From assembly GCA_049643405.1 (NCBI GenBank), contig JBARPX010000034.1, forward strand, positions 1-60,385: DNA of 60,385 bases. Direction: 5' to 3'. Origin of the DNA: Candidatus Zixiibacteriota bacterium (GTDB lineage Bacteria > Zixibacteria > MSB-5A5 > SM1-73). Below, one piece after another: positions 27,338-37,834 of this stretch (position 1 is its first letter; every line of letters begins with the position of its first letter). The notes below the pieces were generated by a model, which did not search any database, was not told where the DNA came from, and saw only the letters and a list, made by a program, of their open reading frames with translations. Position numbers and translations under genes: made by a program.

Positions 27338-29053
27338 ATGAACGATTTTGCCGTTACCAGAGAAAAACTACTCTCAGCAGAAAGAGGTAGAGTAGCCAAA
27401 AGGTCTGCTCTTCTTCGCGCGGCGCTGGGATACCCAAACACCTACGAGGTAGGCATGTCCAACCTGGGTTTTCAGACCATCTATCGGCTACTTAACCAGA
27501 TGGATCGGGTGGCGTGCGAACGGTTCTTCCTTTTTGATTTTCCTCCCTACCGTGGAACGAGGACTTTGGAATCCGATCGCAATATCAAAGACTTTGACCT
27601 GATTGCCTTCTCCGTTCCTTTCGAGCTCGACTATCCCAACGTTCTGAAGCTTTTGAAGCTCTCTGAGATTCCTCTTCTCTCTTCCCAGAGGAAAGAAAAT
27701 GCGCCTCTGATAATTGCCGGCGGGGTCGCCCCAACACTGAATCCCGAAGCCCTGGCTCCTTTCGTCGATTGCCTGCTTATCGGCGAAGCAGAGGAGATGC
27801 TAACGGAATTCATGGAGTTGTACTTTACATTCCATCGCCGGAAAGTGTCAAGAGAGAGGGTCCTGCTTGAGCTGTCCAGAATCGAGGGCGTGTATGTCCC
27901 CCGATTCTATGAGTTCAGCTATTATCCAGATGGAACAGTCAAGGAAATGACATTGAAAAAAGACGTCCCTGAGAAAGTCGTGAGCAGAAGCGTCGGTCTG
28001 AAAAATCTGGAGACCTTCTCCCCCATAACTTCACCCTATGCTCATTTCAAGGATTCGCTTCTAATCGAGATGGGAAGGGGATGTGCCCGCAGATGCCGGT
28101 TCTGCGCCGCAGGCTTTGCCTATCAGCCCTGCCGATTCTACACTAAAGAATCCGTTCTCTCCCAGGTGGAGAAATACGCGGGAGTTCGCAAGCACGTGGG
28201 TTTAATCGGTTCCCTGATATCCGACCATCCGGAATTGGAGGATATCTGTGAAGCTCTCCACTCAGGAGGATTCGAGATCGGGACCTCGTCTCTGCGGGTG
28301 GATTCGATAAGCGAGAGTCTGCTGAAGATTCTGGTTGACTCAGGAATGAGGACGCTCACCGTTGCCCCCGAGGTGGGGACCGACAGAATGTGGCAGGTGA
28401 TCAACAAGAAGATAGACAGAGAAGCCGTTCTGAAATCTGCAGAACTGGCATCGGAAGCTTCCATTCCCAGGCTCAAGCTCTATCTTATCATCGGACTTCC
28501 CTTCGAGAGAGAAGAGGACATCGACGGAATAGTAGACCTGGTGCGCGACGTGCATCGAATCTTCATACAAGAGTATAAACCAGGCAAGGCGCATGGAAAA
28601 AAGAGGAGTCTGAGAAGGCTAAGAATATCGGTCAATCCTTTCGTCCCCAAGCCACATACCCCTTTCCAGTGGTGCGGCATGGATCAGGAGAAGGAGTTGA
28701 AGAGGAAGCTGGGCAAGATCACAGAAGGCCTCAAAGGTTTGAGAGGCATCCACATAGAAAAGAAAAGCGTAAGGCGGGCAGTCCTTCAGGGGTTATTCTC
28801 GTTGGGGAACCGTGATGTGGGAAAAGGGTTATACTATACGGTGGAGGAGAATCTGAATTTTCGTCTGGCATGGAAAAAAGCTGGAGTGCAGCCGGAACTG
28901 ATAGTCTTCCAGCCCAAAAAACTCACTTCCCTTCTCCCCTGGGACATTGTTGATAGTGGGATCAGTCAGACCAGATTGAAAAGGGAATTGGAAGAGGCCA
29001 AAAGGGCTGCCGCAGGAAGGAAACGAGAGATTTCCTGCCCGGGAGAATCTTAA
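27338..29053 (+). CDS. Radical SAM protein (B12-binding-like N-domain, TIGR03960-like)
   Basis: MSNLGFQTIYRLLN, IAGGVAPTLNPE, and cluster motif CARRCRFCAAG (CX3CX2C). The ORF is open from TTG 27326; the first ATG is at 27338. Confidence 0.8.
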   Translation: MNDFAVTREKLLSAERGRVAKRSALLRAALGYPNTYEVGMSNLGFQTIYRLLNQMDRVACERFFLFDFPPYRGTRTLESDRNIKDFDLIAFSVPFELDYPNVLKLLKLSEIPLLSSQRKENAPLIIAGGVAPTLNPEALAPFVDCLLIGEAEEMLTEFMELYFTFHRRKVSRERVLLELSRIEGVYVPRFYEFSYYPDGTVKEMTLKKDVPEKVVSRSVGLKNLETFSPITSPYAHFKDSLLIEMGRGCARRCRFCAAGFAYQPCRFYTKESVLSQVEKYAGVRKHVGLIGSLISDHPELEDICEALHSGGFEIGTSSLRVDSISESLLKILVDSGMRTLTVAPEVGTDRMWQVINKKIDREAVLKSAELASEASIPRLKLYLIIGLPFEREEDIDGIVDLVRDVHRIFIQEYKPGKAHGKKRSLRRLRISVNPFVPKPHTPFQWCGMDQEKELKRKLGKITEGLKGLRGIHIEKKSVRRAVLQGLFSLGNRDVGKGLYYTVEENLNFRLAWKKAGVQPELIVFQPKKLTSLLPWDIVDSGISQTRLKRELEEAKRAAAGRKREISCPGES

Positions 29054-29059
29054 AAACGC

Positions 29060-29100
29060 AACGGCCGGGCATCTCTGCCCGACCGTTATCTTCTTTCTTT
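29060..29100 (+). terminator. Hairpin plus T-tract between the convergent radical SAM and rpmB genes
   Basis: AACGGCCGGGCA-TCTC-TGCCCGACCGTT followed by ATCTTCTTTCTTT. Confidence 0.55.
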
Positions 29101-29151
29101 CACCAGCCAACGAACCAGCAAACATCAGGAATCTTTAGTCTCTGCTAAAGC

Positions 29152-29343
29152 CTACCTGATAGCATCCACTTTTCCTGCCTTAATGCAGCTGGCGCATACC
29201 CTCATGACGGTTCGCTTGCCTTCTTTGGTGACTCGCACTCTCTGCAGGTTAGGAAGCCACCTTCTTTTGGAGATGTTATGGGCGTGACTGACCGAGTTCC
29301 CATATAACGGCTTCTTCCCACAGATTTCACATATTTTCGACAT
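29152..29343 (-). CDS. rpmB: 50S ribosomal protein L28
   Basis: [38 protein letters not shown]. Confidence 0.93.
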   Translation of the reverse strand: MSKICEICGKKPLYGNSVSHAHNISKRRWLPNLQRVRVTKEGKRTVMRVCASCIKAGKVDAIR

Positions 29344-29365
29344 TTTGTGCCTCCTTCACTTCAAC

Positions 29366-29413
29366 TCAAAGATCCCGCTGCAAGCGGGGTCAAAGATCCC
29401 GCCACATGCGGGA
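29366..29413 (-). promoter_or_regulatory. Tandem twin hairpins in the rpmB 5' leader
   Basis: Minus strand: CCCGC-ATGTG-GCGGGATCTTTGA then CCCCGC-TTGCA-GCGGGATCTTTGA, about 25 nt before the GGAGG RBS. Confidence 0.35.
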
Positions 29414-29675
29414 AAAACTTCTACCAGTATACGTACATTTTCAGAAAAAGCAAGAACAATCTTTTTCCACAAACCTGCGCCGCACCCTTTGTAAATGGTA
29501 TCGGTCAGTATGGGAAATATCTGCAGGGGTAACCTGATGGATTGAGTAAACAAGTGTGGATTGTTCTATTGGTGAAATGCAAAGGCTCAATTCATTGAGC
29601 CTGTATGTGCGTGATCACAAGATGCTGGGGTCCGAACTTGTATCCTGCGGATAAGAACCCAATAGTTCAAAGGTG

Positions 29676-29715
29676 CAGAAAAAAGAGAAGCCCCAGTTTT
29701 CCGAGAGCTGGGGCT
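29676..29715 (-). terminator. Intrinsic terminator of the LVIVD gene
   Basis: Minus strand: AGCCCCAG-loop-CTGGGGCT followed by TCTCTTTTTTCT. Confidence 0.6.
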
Positions 29716-29751
29716 AGTTCAGGTATACTAAGATAGCTTGCCGACCAAAAA

Positions 29752-32049
29752 CTAACAGCCAGGTGGCGGACCACCTCTATACAAATAGTTTAACAGGTAA
29801 ACCACATCGGCCAGATCAACCACTCCGTCGCAGTTGGCATCTCCGGCATCGAGGGGATGAGGGGCAGACCCACTTTTGTACAAGTAGTTTATCAAGAATA
29901 CGAGGTCCGCCAAATCCACCACACTGTCACCGTTAGCATCTCCGCGATTCCAACTAGGCTGGGTAAACTCGAGAATCATCAATGAATACCGATCGGCCAC
30001 GTAAATGAAGCCTCCATCGACGAAGACATTGTGAGACTCGCCCGGCGTGCCGTACCGGCCCACCAGAGTCGGAGTATACAGATCTGCCACGTACATCACG
30101 TGAAGCCCAGTGTATATATCTGCGACATAGACGTAATCGCCTGAGACGGAGGCTTCGATCGCATGTCCGCCCTGTCCTGGCATGTCGGTGTCGCAGCCCC
30201 CCACAAAACCGGGACTGTAGGGATCGGATACATCAAAAACCTGAAGCCCGGCCCAACGAGCTCCCAGATATGCAAAGTTGCCGGACACGGAGAGATCATA
30301 AGGTTGGCTGGCGGAGCCTTCAATCGAAGCCAGGTACGGCTGGTAAGGGTCTGATATATCAACTATTACCAGACCACGGTCTGAATGAGCGATGTAAGCA
30401 TAATCTCCCTCAACGTAAAGCCCGTAAGCTTGGGCCAGGCCGGAGAAGTAGAGACTGCCGATGGGCGCGGGGTTGAATTGATCAGAGACGTCGAAGATCA
30501 CAATTCCGTCGCCGTTAGCCATATAGGCATAATCGCCCCTTACAAAGACATCGTACGCTTGATGCGTCACATCATGCTGTGCAATCAAAGTCGGGTTTGT
30601 CGGATCCGACACTTCGACGATCTCAAGACCCAAACCGGCTATGTAGGCATAACTCTCCTGGACGAAGACCTCCAGAGCGTTTGCTCCGCTGAGCGTTTCG
30701 CTCCCGACTACCTCAGGATGACGCGGGTCCGAGACATCGACGACCTCCAGACAGCCATGGTAGTTAGCCACGTAAGCGTAATCTCCCGAGACGAAACAGG
30801 TGCGAATATAACTGAGGCCGTAAGAACTCACGGACACCGGGTTATTCAGGTTTGAGACATCGATTACCTGAAACCCGCCGTCGTTGCAGGCCAGATAAGC
30901 GTAGTTGCCCAAGACAAAGACCTCGGTGGCTATGCCGGGCGTATTGTATTCGCCAATAACAGTGGGGCTCCCCGGGTTGGAGAGGTTGATCACCCTCAAT
31001 CCCCAGTAGCTATAGGCCTCAAACAGGATGTCTCCAATGATAAACATGGACTCGCCTTCAAGCGGAGGCATGTGCTCCACGTGGGGGTCTTCGGGGTCTT
31101 GCACATCGATCACCCACAGCCGTGACTGGTAATACTCGTCTTCGCCGAGCACGTATGCATAGTTTCCCTCAACCCACACGGACCACGCTCCTCCGCCCGT
31201 GTAGGGCGCGGAGGCAAACTGGGGGTTATAAGGGTCGGAGACGTCAACGACCACTAAGCCCGCGGAAAAACACGCTACATACGCATGATTCCCGGAAACG
31301 AACACTCGTACGTACCAGTCCGGTCCGGGGTCAGTGTATCTTCCGGCAAAGCTGGGATTCAGCGGATCCGAGATATTTACGACCTGCAAGCCACTGTCGT
31401 AATCGGCGACGTAGGCGAAGCTGCCAGAGACGACAACGTCCACCGCTGAACCCGGTGTATCGTAGGTTACAGCCAAAACGGGGTTGGCAGGGTCATGCAC
31501 GTCGATAATGTGAAGTCCCTGCGTAGATGCCGCCAGATAAAGATACCCACCGCTCAAGTCTATCTTTCCGGCATATGTACCTACACATAGCTGGCTCACG
31601 ACCACCGGATTGAAGGGGTCCGAAAGGTCGAGTATTACTATACCGTTGGCTAAGGCACAATAGGCGTAATTCGACTGCACCTTGGCATCTCTGCAGTGAC
31701 CCCAGAACAGACTTGTCACGTAGGAAACATTGCTCTCAGGGTCGGTGTAAGTAGATTGACCGGCATCAGCCCCCCACCAAGAAGGCCAGTGACTCAGGGA
31801 ACTCTCATCTGATGACCAATCATAGGGAGCTTGTTCGGAACCCTCATTCGCTGAGTACCGACCAGGGCGAACCGCTCTCTGCGTCTCCCCCGGGTCGAAT
31901 CCTCCTGCTTGAGAGCTGACTGCGATTCGTGCATCGCTCGATGCGCCGAAGTCCGAATCGGCGATCGACGCGTGACTCGCTACCAACGCGCAAATGAACA
32001 AAAGCAGTGCTCCCCCGATTATGCTCTCTCCAAGGCTTGGGGTCTTCAT
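29752..32049 (-). CDS. LVIVD-repeat beta-propeller protein with C-terminal dockerin-like module
   Basis: At least 10 repeats of the type GLHIIDVHDPANPVLAVTYDTPGSAVDVVVSGSFAYVAD. The C-terminus has two EF-hand-like dockerin segments: DANGDSVVDLADLVFLINYLYKSG and DANCDGVVDLADVVYLLNYLYRGG. Confidence 0.88.
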   Translation of the reverse strand: MKTPSLGESIIGGALLLFICALVASHASIADSDFGASSDARIAVSSQAGGFDPGETQRAVRPGRYSANEGSEQAPYDWSSDESSLSHWPSWWGADAGQSTYTDPESNVSYVTSLFWGHCRDAKVQSNYAYCALANGIVILDLSDPFNPVVVSQLCVGTYAGKIDLSGGYLYLAASTQGLHIIDVHDPANPVLAVTYDTPGSAVDVVVSGSFAYVADYDSGLQVVNISDPLNPSFAGRYTDPGPDWYVRVFVSGNHAYVACFSAGLVVVDVSDPYNPQFASAPYTGGGAWSVWVEGNYAYVLGEDEYYQSRLWVIDVQDPEDPHVEHMPPLEGESMFIIGDILFEAYSYWGLRVINLSNPGSPTVIGEYNTPGIATEVFVLGNYAYLACNDGGFQVIDVSNLNNPVSVSSYGLSYIRTCFVSGDYAYVANYHGCLEVVDVSDPRHPEVVGSETLSGANALEVFVQESYAYIAGLGLEIVEVSDPTNPTLIAQHDVTHQAYDVFVRGDYAYMANGDGIVIFDVSDQFNPAPIGSLYFSGLAQAYGLYVEGDYAYIAHSDRGLVIVDISDPYQPYLASIEGSASQPYDLSVSGNFAYLGARWAGLQVFDVSDPYSPGFVGGCDTDMPGQGGHAIEASVSGDYVYVADIYTGLHVMYVADLYTPTLVGRYGTPGESHNVFVDGGFIYVADRYSLMILEFTQPSWNRGDANGDSVVDLADLVFLINYLYKSGSAPHPLDAGDANCDGVVDLADVVYLLNYLYRGGPPPGC

Positions 32050-32545
32050 CGTCGCTATCCTCCTCTTTGGTATATGATAGCTTCTTTTCAGCGTCTCCCT
32101 TCAGCATTGGCTCGATGGGCTTCGAACTGTCTGCAACCAACTCAGAATCGCGTGACAACCACAAGCTCACCGCTCTGAGCTTCTTGAGAATAACCCTTAA
32201 TCTCGGACTCTCTGCTGAACTACTTTTATTTTAACTCAAGGCCAACTATATGTCAAGCGAATTCCACCAAAGAAGATATCATTCCTTGTGCCCTATCTAC
32301 CCGGGATGCGCCGTAGAGGCTTTCAATCAGCCACGGGGTCGCCGGGGGCGGACCTGGGTAAATCCCGTGCTGGATTTCTAAAGCCGGTCGTGGTTCTGTT
32401 CTTTTTCATCGTAGATTTCGCGCACCAGGATGGATCGGGGAATGTCCTCCTTCAAGTGGCTGCTTTGGCCTCCCCTTGAAAGTCACCTCGCAGGAATCGT
32501 CCAAAAAACCTGGTTGAGATCACGTATCTATGAATGAAATTTCCC

Positions 32546-32574
32546 TTGACACGAAGACTCGTGTGAACTAAGAT
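32546..32574 (+). promoter_or_regulatory. Candidate sigma70-type promoter of htpX
   Basis: TTGACA-17 nt-TAAGAT, ending about 18 nt before the GGAGG RBS. Confidence 0.4.
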
Positions 32575-32592
32575 TACTCTGGAGGTATAGAA

Positions 32593-33444
32593 ATGAACAC
32601 TCTCAAGACCGCGTTTCTTTTAACCCTGATGACCCTGCTTTTCATTTTCATCGGTCGGATGCTGGGAGGAAACCAGGGCATGTTGGTGGCGTTTATCTTT
32701 GCAGCAATCATGAATCTGGGCACTTACTGGTTCTCAGACAAGATCGTCTTAAGGATGTACCGGGCGCAGCGCGTGGATGAGGCAAGCAATCCGCGGCTTC
32801 ACGATACCGTTCGGCGGGCGGCCACGGCTGCGCATCTTCCCATGCCCAAGGTATACATAATCCCGACGCAGACCCCAAACGCCTTCGCGACGGGAAGAAA
32901 TCCCAAACATGCCGCTGTGGCGGTGACTCAGGGGATATTGAAGATGCTGGATGAAGATGAGCTGGAGGGAGTCATCTCTCACGAGATGGCTCACATAAGA
33001 AATCGGGACATTCTGACCGGGTCCATCGTGGCTACCTTAGCCGGCGCTATCAGCATGCTGGCCTTCATGGCGCGCTTTGCTGCAATCTTCGGTGGTTACG
33101 GGGGAAGGGACAGCCAAGGGCGTGGAGGTGGGCTGGGCCTTCTGATAATGGCAATAGTAGCGCCTTTGGCCGCTCTTTTGATACAGATGGCCATCTCCCG
33201 ATCCAGAGAATATGCAGCAGACAAGACCGCAGCGAAGAACAGCCACAAACCCCTTGCCCTGGCGAACGCCTTGAGGAAACTGGAACATGCCTCCAAGAGA
33301 ATACCTCTCAAGGCAAAACCTTCCACGGCCCATCTTTTTATCGTGAACCCTCTCTCCGGAAAGGGAATGGCCGGCCTGTTTTCTACTCACCCCCCCATCG
33401 AGGAACGGGTGGACAGGCTGCACAAGATGGCAAGAGGAGTTTGA
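32593..33444 (+). CDS. htpX: Zinc metalloprotease HtpX (M48)
   Basis: [48 protein letters not shown]. Confidence 0.93.
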   Translation: MNTLKTAFLLTLMTLLFIFIGRMLGGNQGMLVAFIFAAIMNLGTYWFSDKIVLRMYRAQRVDEASNPRLHDTVRRAATAAHLPMPKVYIIPTQTPNAFATGRNPKHAAVAVTQGILKMLDEDELEGVISHEMAHIRNRDILTGSIVATLAGAISMLAFMARFAAIFGGYGGRDSQGRGGGLGLLIMAIVAPLAALLIQMAISRSREYAADKTAAKNSHKPLALANALRKLEHASKRIPLKAKPSTAHLFIVNPLSGKGMAGLFSTHPPIEERVDRLHKMARGV

Positions 33445-33530
33445 AAGAAAGAACTAATGCGGTGAGGGCAGTCCACCATGAGCAAACCTTCACCGCACTT
33501 TTTGTCTAATAAGGAGGAACAAATCCCTGT

Positions 33531-34838
33531 ATGGGAAGTGCCTGGATTCAGATCCTAATTATTCTGCTTCTTATCATAGCTAACGGTTTTTTCTCCTCGT
33601 CTGAGATCGCTCTAATCTCCGCCAGAAGAAGTCGGATCAAACAGCTCGCTGAAAAGGGACACAAAAAAGCCCGGCTGGTAAGCAAGCTTCAGAACAAGCC
33701 TGACGTTTTCTTAGCCACCATTCAGGTGGGCATTACCCTGGTAGGCACACTGGCTTCGGTGGTAGGCGGCGCGAAGCTGGTAGACCACTTGAAACTCTGG
33801 ATTGAAAGAATTCCATCGCCAGTCATTCAAAACTCAAGTGAATCGATTGCCATTGGGCTCGTGGTGGTGGTCATCACCTATCTGCTCTTGGTGTTGGGGG
33901 AGCTGGTCCCTAAATACTTGGCTTTGGCTTACCCGGAAAAAGTCGCCTTCAGAACTGTGGGATTTGTTAACTTTCTGTCCGGATTGGCTTTCTTGCCAGT
34001 CAAAATGCTTTCCAACTCAAGCCGATTTTTTGTTTCCCTTTTTCTTAAACGAGTTCCGAAAGAGAGCGGATTTATCACCGATGAAGAGTTAAAGTTCATA
34101 GTGCGAGATGGGAAAACCAAGGGGGTTTTTGATCAGACCGAGGAACAGCTGATCCGCCGCGCACTTGAGTTTACCGATACCACCGTTCGCAACGCCATGA
34201 CCCCCCGAACCGAGATCATTGCGCTGGACAAAAATACCGGACAGCAGAAGGTGATCCGCGCCATGACCGAGCTGGGTTTCTCCCGAATCCCGGTTTATGA
34301 GGAAAACATAGATCACGTGGTGGGAATAATCTACGCCAAAGACATCATCAACCTGCTGCAGAACAGGGACTTGATCATTCTGGAGGACATCCTGCGCAAT
34401 CCCTATTTCGTGCCGGATTCCATGAAGATCTCCGAGCTTCTGAAGAATTTTCAAAAGAAACGATTACACATGGCCATAGTCTTAGATGAATTTGGCGGCA
34501 CAGCCGGGCTCATCACCCTGGAGGATATCATCGAGGAGATCTTTGGGGAGATTCGGGACGAGTACGACCGGGAGGAGGAAGAGGAAATCTACCTGCTCTC
34601 CGACAATCTGGCCATCGTGAACGCCGGCCTGTTCATCGGAGAGTTCAATCAAAAGTTCAAAACCGATCTGGCCGAAGAATATAATACGGTGGGAGGATAT
34701 CTTACCGGCACCCTGGGAAGAATTCCGCTTTTGGACGAGGAGATCAAACTCGGTGACCTTACTTTCGTAATCTTTGACAAGGTGGGTCCCCGGCTGAAGA
34801 AGATAAAGGTGATCCGAGACCCCAAAGAGAAAGAGTAG
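33531..34838 (+). CDS. CNNM/DUF21-CBS-CorC_HlyC family (hemolysin/Mg-Co efflux-like) protein
   Basis: An N-terminal 4-TM DUF21 domain, a CBS pair (VRNAMTPRTEIIAL..., RIPVYEENIDHVVGIIYAKD), and a C-terminal transporter-associated domain. Confidence 0.88.
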   Translation: MGSAWIQILIILLLIIANGFFSSSEIALISARRSRIKQLAEKGHKKARLVSKLQNKPDVFLATIQVGITLVGTLASVVGGAKLVDHLKLWIERIPSPVIQNSSESIAIGLVVVVITYLLLVLGELVPKYLALAYPEKVAFRTVGFVNFLSGLAFLPVKMLSNSSRFFVSLFLKRVPKESGFITDEELKFIVRDGKTKGVFDQTEEQLIRRALEFTDTTVRNAMTPRTEIIALDKNTGQQKVIRAMTELGFSRIPVYEENIDHVVGIIYAKDIINLLQNRDLIILEDILRNPYFVPDSMKISELLKNFQKKRLHMAIVLDEFGGTAGLITLEDIIEEIFGEIRDEYDREEEEEIYLLSDNLAIVNAGLFIGEFNQKFKTDLAEEYNTVGGYLTGTLGRIPLLDEEIKLGDLTFVIFDKVGPRLKKIKVIRDPKEKE

Positions 34839-34940
34839 TCGCTCTAACTTTGATTTGCTTGAATTTCTAATAGTATATGTGCAATGCATTTAGCCTTCTG
34901 AGAGCCTGTCCCCTTTACACTCCAACCCGAAGGAGTCACC

Positions 34941-35579
34941 ATGTTCGAAGCCATACTTGAGCCGATTGGAGCCTGGATAATCAATTTGATCTCTCAGTTG
35001 GGCTATTTTGGCATCATTATCGCCATGGGGATCGAAAGCGCCTGCATCCCTCTCCCCTCGGAGATCATCATGCCCTTTTCCGGATACTTAGTGTTTACCG
35101 GAAGATTCAGCCTGTGGGGTGTCTCCGTGGCCGGCGCCTTCGGCTGCGTGGTGGGATCGGTGGTTGCTTACTTCGCCGGAATCTGGGGTGGTCGCCCCTT
35201 CATCTTAAGGTACGGAAGATACGTTCTGGTATCGCCCAAGCATCTGGCCACCGCCGACCGCTGGTTCGAGAAGTATGGCGACTGGGCCATATTCTTCTCC
35301 CGCCTCATGCCGGTGATAAGGACATTCATCTCCCTTCCCGCGGGAATCGCCCGGATGAATTTCCTGAAGTTCATCATTTACACCTTTCTCGGCTCCCTGC
35401 CCTGGTGTTTTGCGCTTGCATACGTGGGGAAGATTCTGGGGGAGAACTGGATGAGCATAAGGGGCTACTTTCATAAAGTCGACATCATCATCGTCGCGAT
35501 CATAGTCGCAGGCATAGCCTTTTTTCTGTACCGGCACTTCAAGTCAAACAAAAGAAGCAATCTCACTCCGGTCGAATAA
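34941..35579 (+). CDS. DedA family membrane protein
   Basis: GIESACIPLPSEIIMPFSGYL...SRLMPVIRTFISLPAGIARMNF. Confidence 0.88.
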   Translation: MFEAILEPIGAWIINLISQLGYFGIIIAMGIESACIPLPSEIIMPFSGYLVFTGRFSLWGVSVAGAFGCVVGSVVAYFAGIWGGRPFILRYGRYVLVSPKHLATADRWFEKYGDWAIFFSRLMPVIRTFISLPAGIARMNFLKFIIYTFLGSLPWCFALAYVGKILGENWMSIRGYFHKVDIIIVAIIVAGIAFFLYRHFKSNKRSNLTPVE

Positions 35580-36197
35580 ATGCATCCTTTAGCCTTTTTC
35601 GGTACAGCTTTCGTCTCTTTGTTCTTGGTGGTGGACGTTGCCACCAACATGCCCATCTTTTTGTCCTTAACCGAGAAGTATTCTGCGCCCGACAGAAGAA
35701 TCATTGCCCGCACAGCGCTTCTGGTGGCTTTAGGAATTCAGCTTTTGTTTGTGATCTTCGGCAACTACATATTCGGATATCTGAACATCAAGCTATATTC
35801 GTTTTCCATTGCCGGGGGAATTTTGCTCTCCATAGTCGCCATGGAGATGCTTTTTGGACGCAAGAGCCGCACCGAGTACCAGGAGAAGGAACAGGAGGAG
35901 GAGAAGGAGAACATAACCATAGTTCCCCTGGCCATTCCGCTGCATACCGGCCCTGCCGCCATCATCACCGGCATGATCATCTTCGGCCAAGCCGACACGT
36001 TGCTGTTGAAAGGGGTCTTTGTCCTTGCCACCGTCTGCGTGTACTTGGCGTCGATGCTCATCCTGTTCAAATCAGATATTATCTTCAAGATTTTCAAGCC
36101 ATTGGGCATGAAGGTGATCACCCGGGTGATGGGTCTGATCCTGCTGACCCTGGCGGTGCAGTTCGTGGTGAACGGAATTAAGGAGGCTCTGGGATAG
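35580..36197 (+). CDS. MarC (UPF0056) family membrane protein
   Basis: FVSLFLVVDVATNMPIFLSLT...IVPLAIPLHTGPAAI. The start codon abuts the dedA stop. Confidence 0.85.
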   Translation: MHPLAFFGTAFVSLFLVVDVATNMPIFLSLTEKYSAPDRRIIARTALLVALGIQLLFVIFGNYIFGYLNIKLYSFSIAGGILLSIVAMEMLFGRKSRTEYQEKEQEEEKENITIVPLAIPLHTGPAAIITGMIIFGQADTLLLKGVFVLATVCVYLASMLILFKSDIIFKIFKPLGMKVITRVMGLILLTLAVQFVVNGIKEALG

Positions 36198-36462
36198 TGT
36201 CGAGTCTCCGGTCTAAGTTTCTTCAGAATAGTCGCCTCCCGACAAACCACTCCGGAATTTGCTGAACCATGGGATCCAATTGCACGGCACTTTGTATTAG
36301 AGTTTGAAGGCTTTCAGGAAAATATTGCGGGAAACTCTTTTTCATTTTTTTCCTTGCTTTTTTTTCACAGGTTCCTATATAGTGTTGCAGATCCCTCAAA
36401 CGGGATCAGAGGGAAGGAGAAACGGAAACTAAGGACACGAACATTAAACGAGGAGGTGCTTG

Positions 36463-37074
36463 ATGATCCTTAAGGATCGCAAGCTGATCGTCATTCTCGG
36501 CATGATATGCCTGATCAGCTTCCTGGGATGGGGATGCGCGACCAAGTCCTTCGTCCTACAAAAAACCGGCGAAGTGGACGCGAAAGCCAAAGCCAACAAG
36601 GCACAAATCGATAAGCTTGAGAAGGACCTTTCCGCAACAGATGCCAAAGCGGACGAGGCGTTGAGCGAGGCCAGAAAGGCGCTAAGAAAAGCAGAAGAAG
36701 CCGCAGGGTATGTGAACTACAGGGTTATGGGAGAACGGAATGTGAACTTCGATTTTGACAAGTTTGATCTCACTCTGGGTGCGAAGGACATTTTGGACGA
36801 GATCGGCGCAACCATGCAGGGGAACCCGGCGCTGATAATGGAGATCGAGGGGCATGCCGACAACACCGGCCCGGACGGTTACAATCTGGCCCTGGGACAG
36901 AGGCGAACACAGAGCGTGAAAAGATACTTAGCCGACAGGTTTGGCATCGCCATTCATAGAATCTTCCAAATAAGCCATGGGGAGTTCAAGCCCAAGGAGC
37001 TAAACGACAGCAGAACCGGGCGGGAAGCCAACAGAAGGGCGGTGCTGCGATTGTTGGGTCCTCCGGGCGAGTAG
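36463..37074 (+). CDS. OmpA-family (Pal-like) lipoprotein
   Basis: Lipobox FLGWGCAT. C-domain NVNFDFDKFDL...IEGHADNTGPDGYNLALGQRRTQSVKRYL. AGGAGG lies 6 nt before ATG 36463. Confidence 0.88.
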   Translation: MILKDRKLIVILGMICLISFLGWGCATKSFVLQKTGEVDAKAKANKAQIDKLEKDLSATDAKADEALSEARKALRKAEEAAGYVNYRVMGERNVNFDFDKFDLTLGAKDILDEIGATMQGNPALIMEIEGHADNTGPDGYNLALGQRRTQSVKRYLADRFGIAIHRIFQISHGEFKPKELNDSRTGREANRRAVLRLLGPPGE

Positions 37075-37355
37075 ATACGCAGGCAAGCCGAATCTGGTGT
37101 GACGTAGGGGGGAAATTTCGACTTCGCATGAATCGGGCCCCGTTCCGCCTTAGGCGGGACTGGGGCCTTTCCTTATGGGAAGACAAACAGGTGGTTCTAA
37201 CCTGTAGTTGCCTGATTCATCAGGCGGAAGTTAACTCGATCCTTCGACTTCGCCCTTCGGTCTAAGCTCAGGGTCGAAGACTCAGGACAGTAAGCTTGCC
37301 GAACTGTCGAACCATGATTCGGGCAACTACAGAAAGGATCGTCTCTGTCTCAGAC

Positions 37356-37688
37356 TCACACCTTCTTCAGAACATAAGTGAAAAAGAGTATCTTGAAATG
37401 CTTGAAAGCTCTTAGCTTCTTCTTCCCGGCGATGGCGCGGGGGAACTCGATTACAATCCAGAGAACATATACCACGGTGATCTTCTCCCGCCATTCGGGA
37501 AGGATGAATTGGGCAAACCATAAAGAGAAAAGCCCTAAAGCCCCGTACCCCCTTAACTCCATGTTGGCAAGGAAAAGAAACCCCAAAAAAGACTGAGCCA
37601 TGGTCAGGAATATCTCCAGCTTCTGATGCTCGTCAAAATGCACCACGGAGACCTGTTCCCGGCTAAAGCTGTAAACTATGGGTATCAT
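37356..37688 (-). CDS. Small hypothetical membrane protein
   Basis: 110-aa ORF with 2-3 hydrophobic segments in AT-rich sequence. No motif recognised. Confidence 0.35.
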   Translation of the reverse strand: MIPIVYSFSREQVSVVHFDEHQKLEIFLTMAQSFLGFLFLANMELRGYGALGLFSLWFAQFILPEWREKITVVYVLWIVIEFPRAIAGKKKLRAFKHFKILFFTYVLKKV

Positions 37689-37834
37689 GAGTTGGATCAG
37701 GTTTACCCTGTTTTAGGTGGGTGTTCTCCACCCGCCGATTGTTTCCTCGTTGGTGAAACCTGCCAGCCATGCACGGACGCCCACCCATACGGGTCCCTGG
37801 CCAACTGGGGAACACCAACGGGAAGCAAATATAT

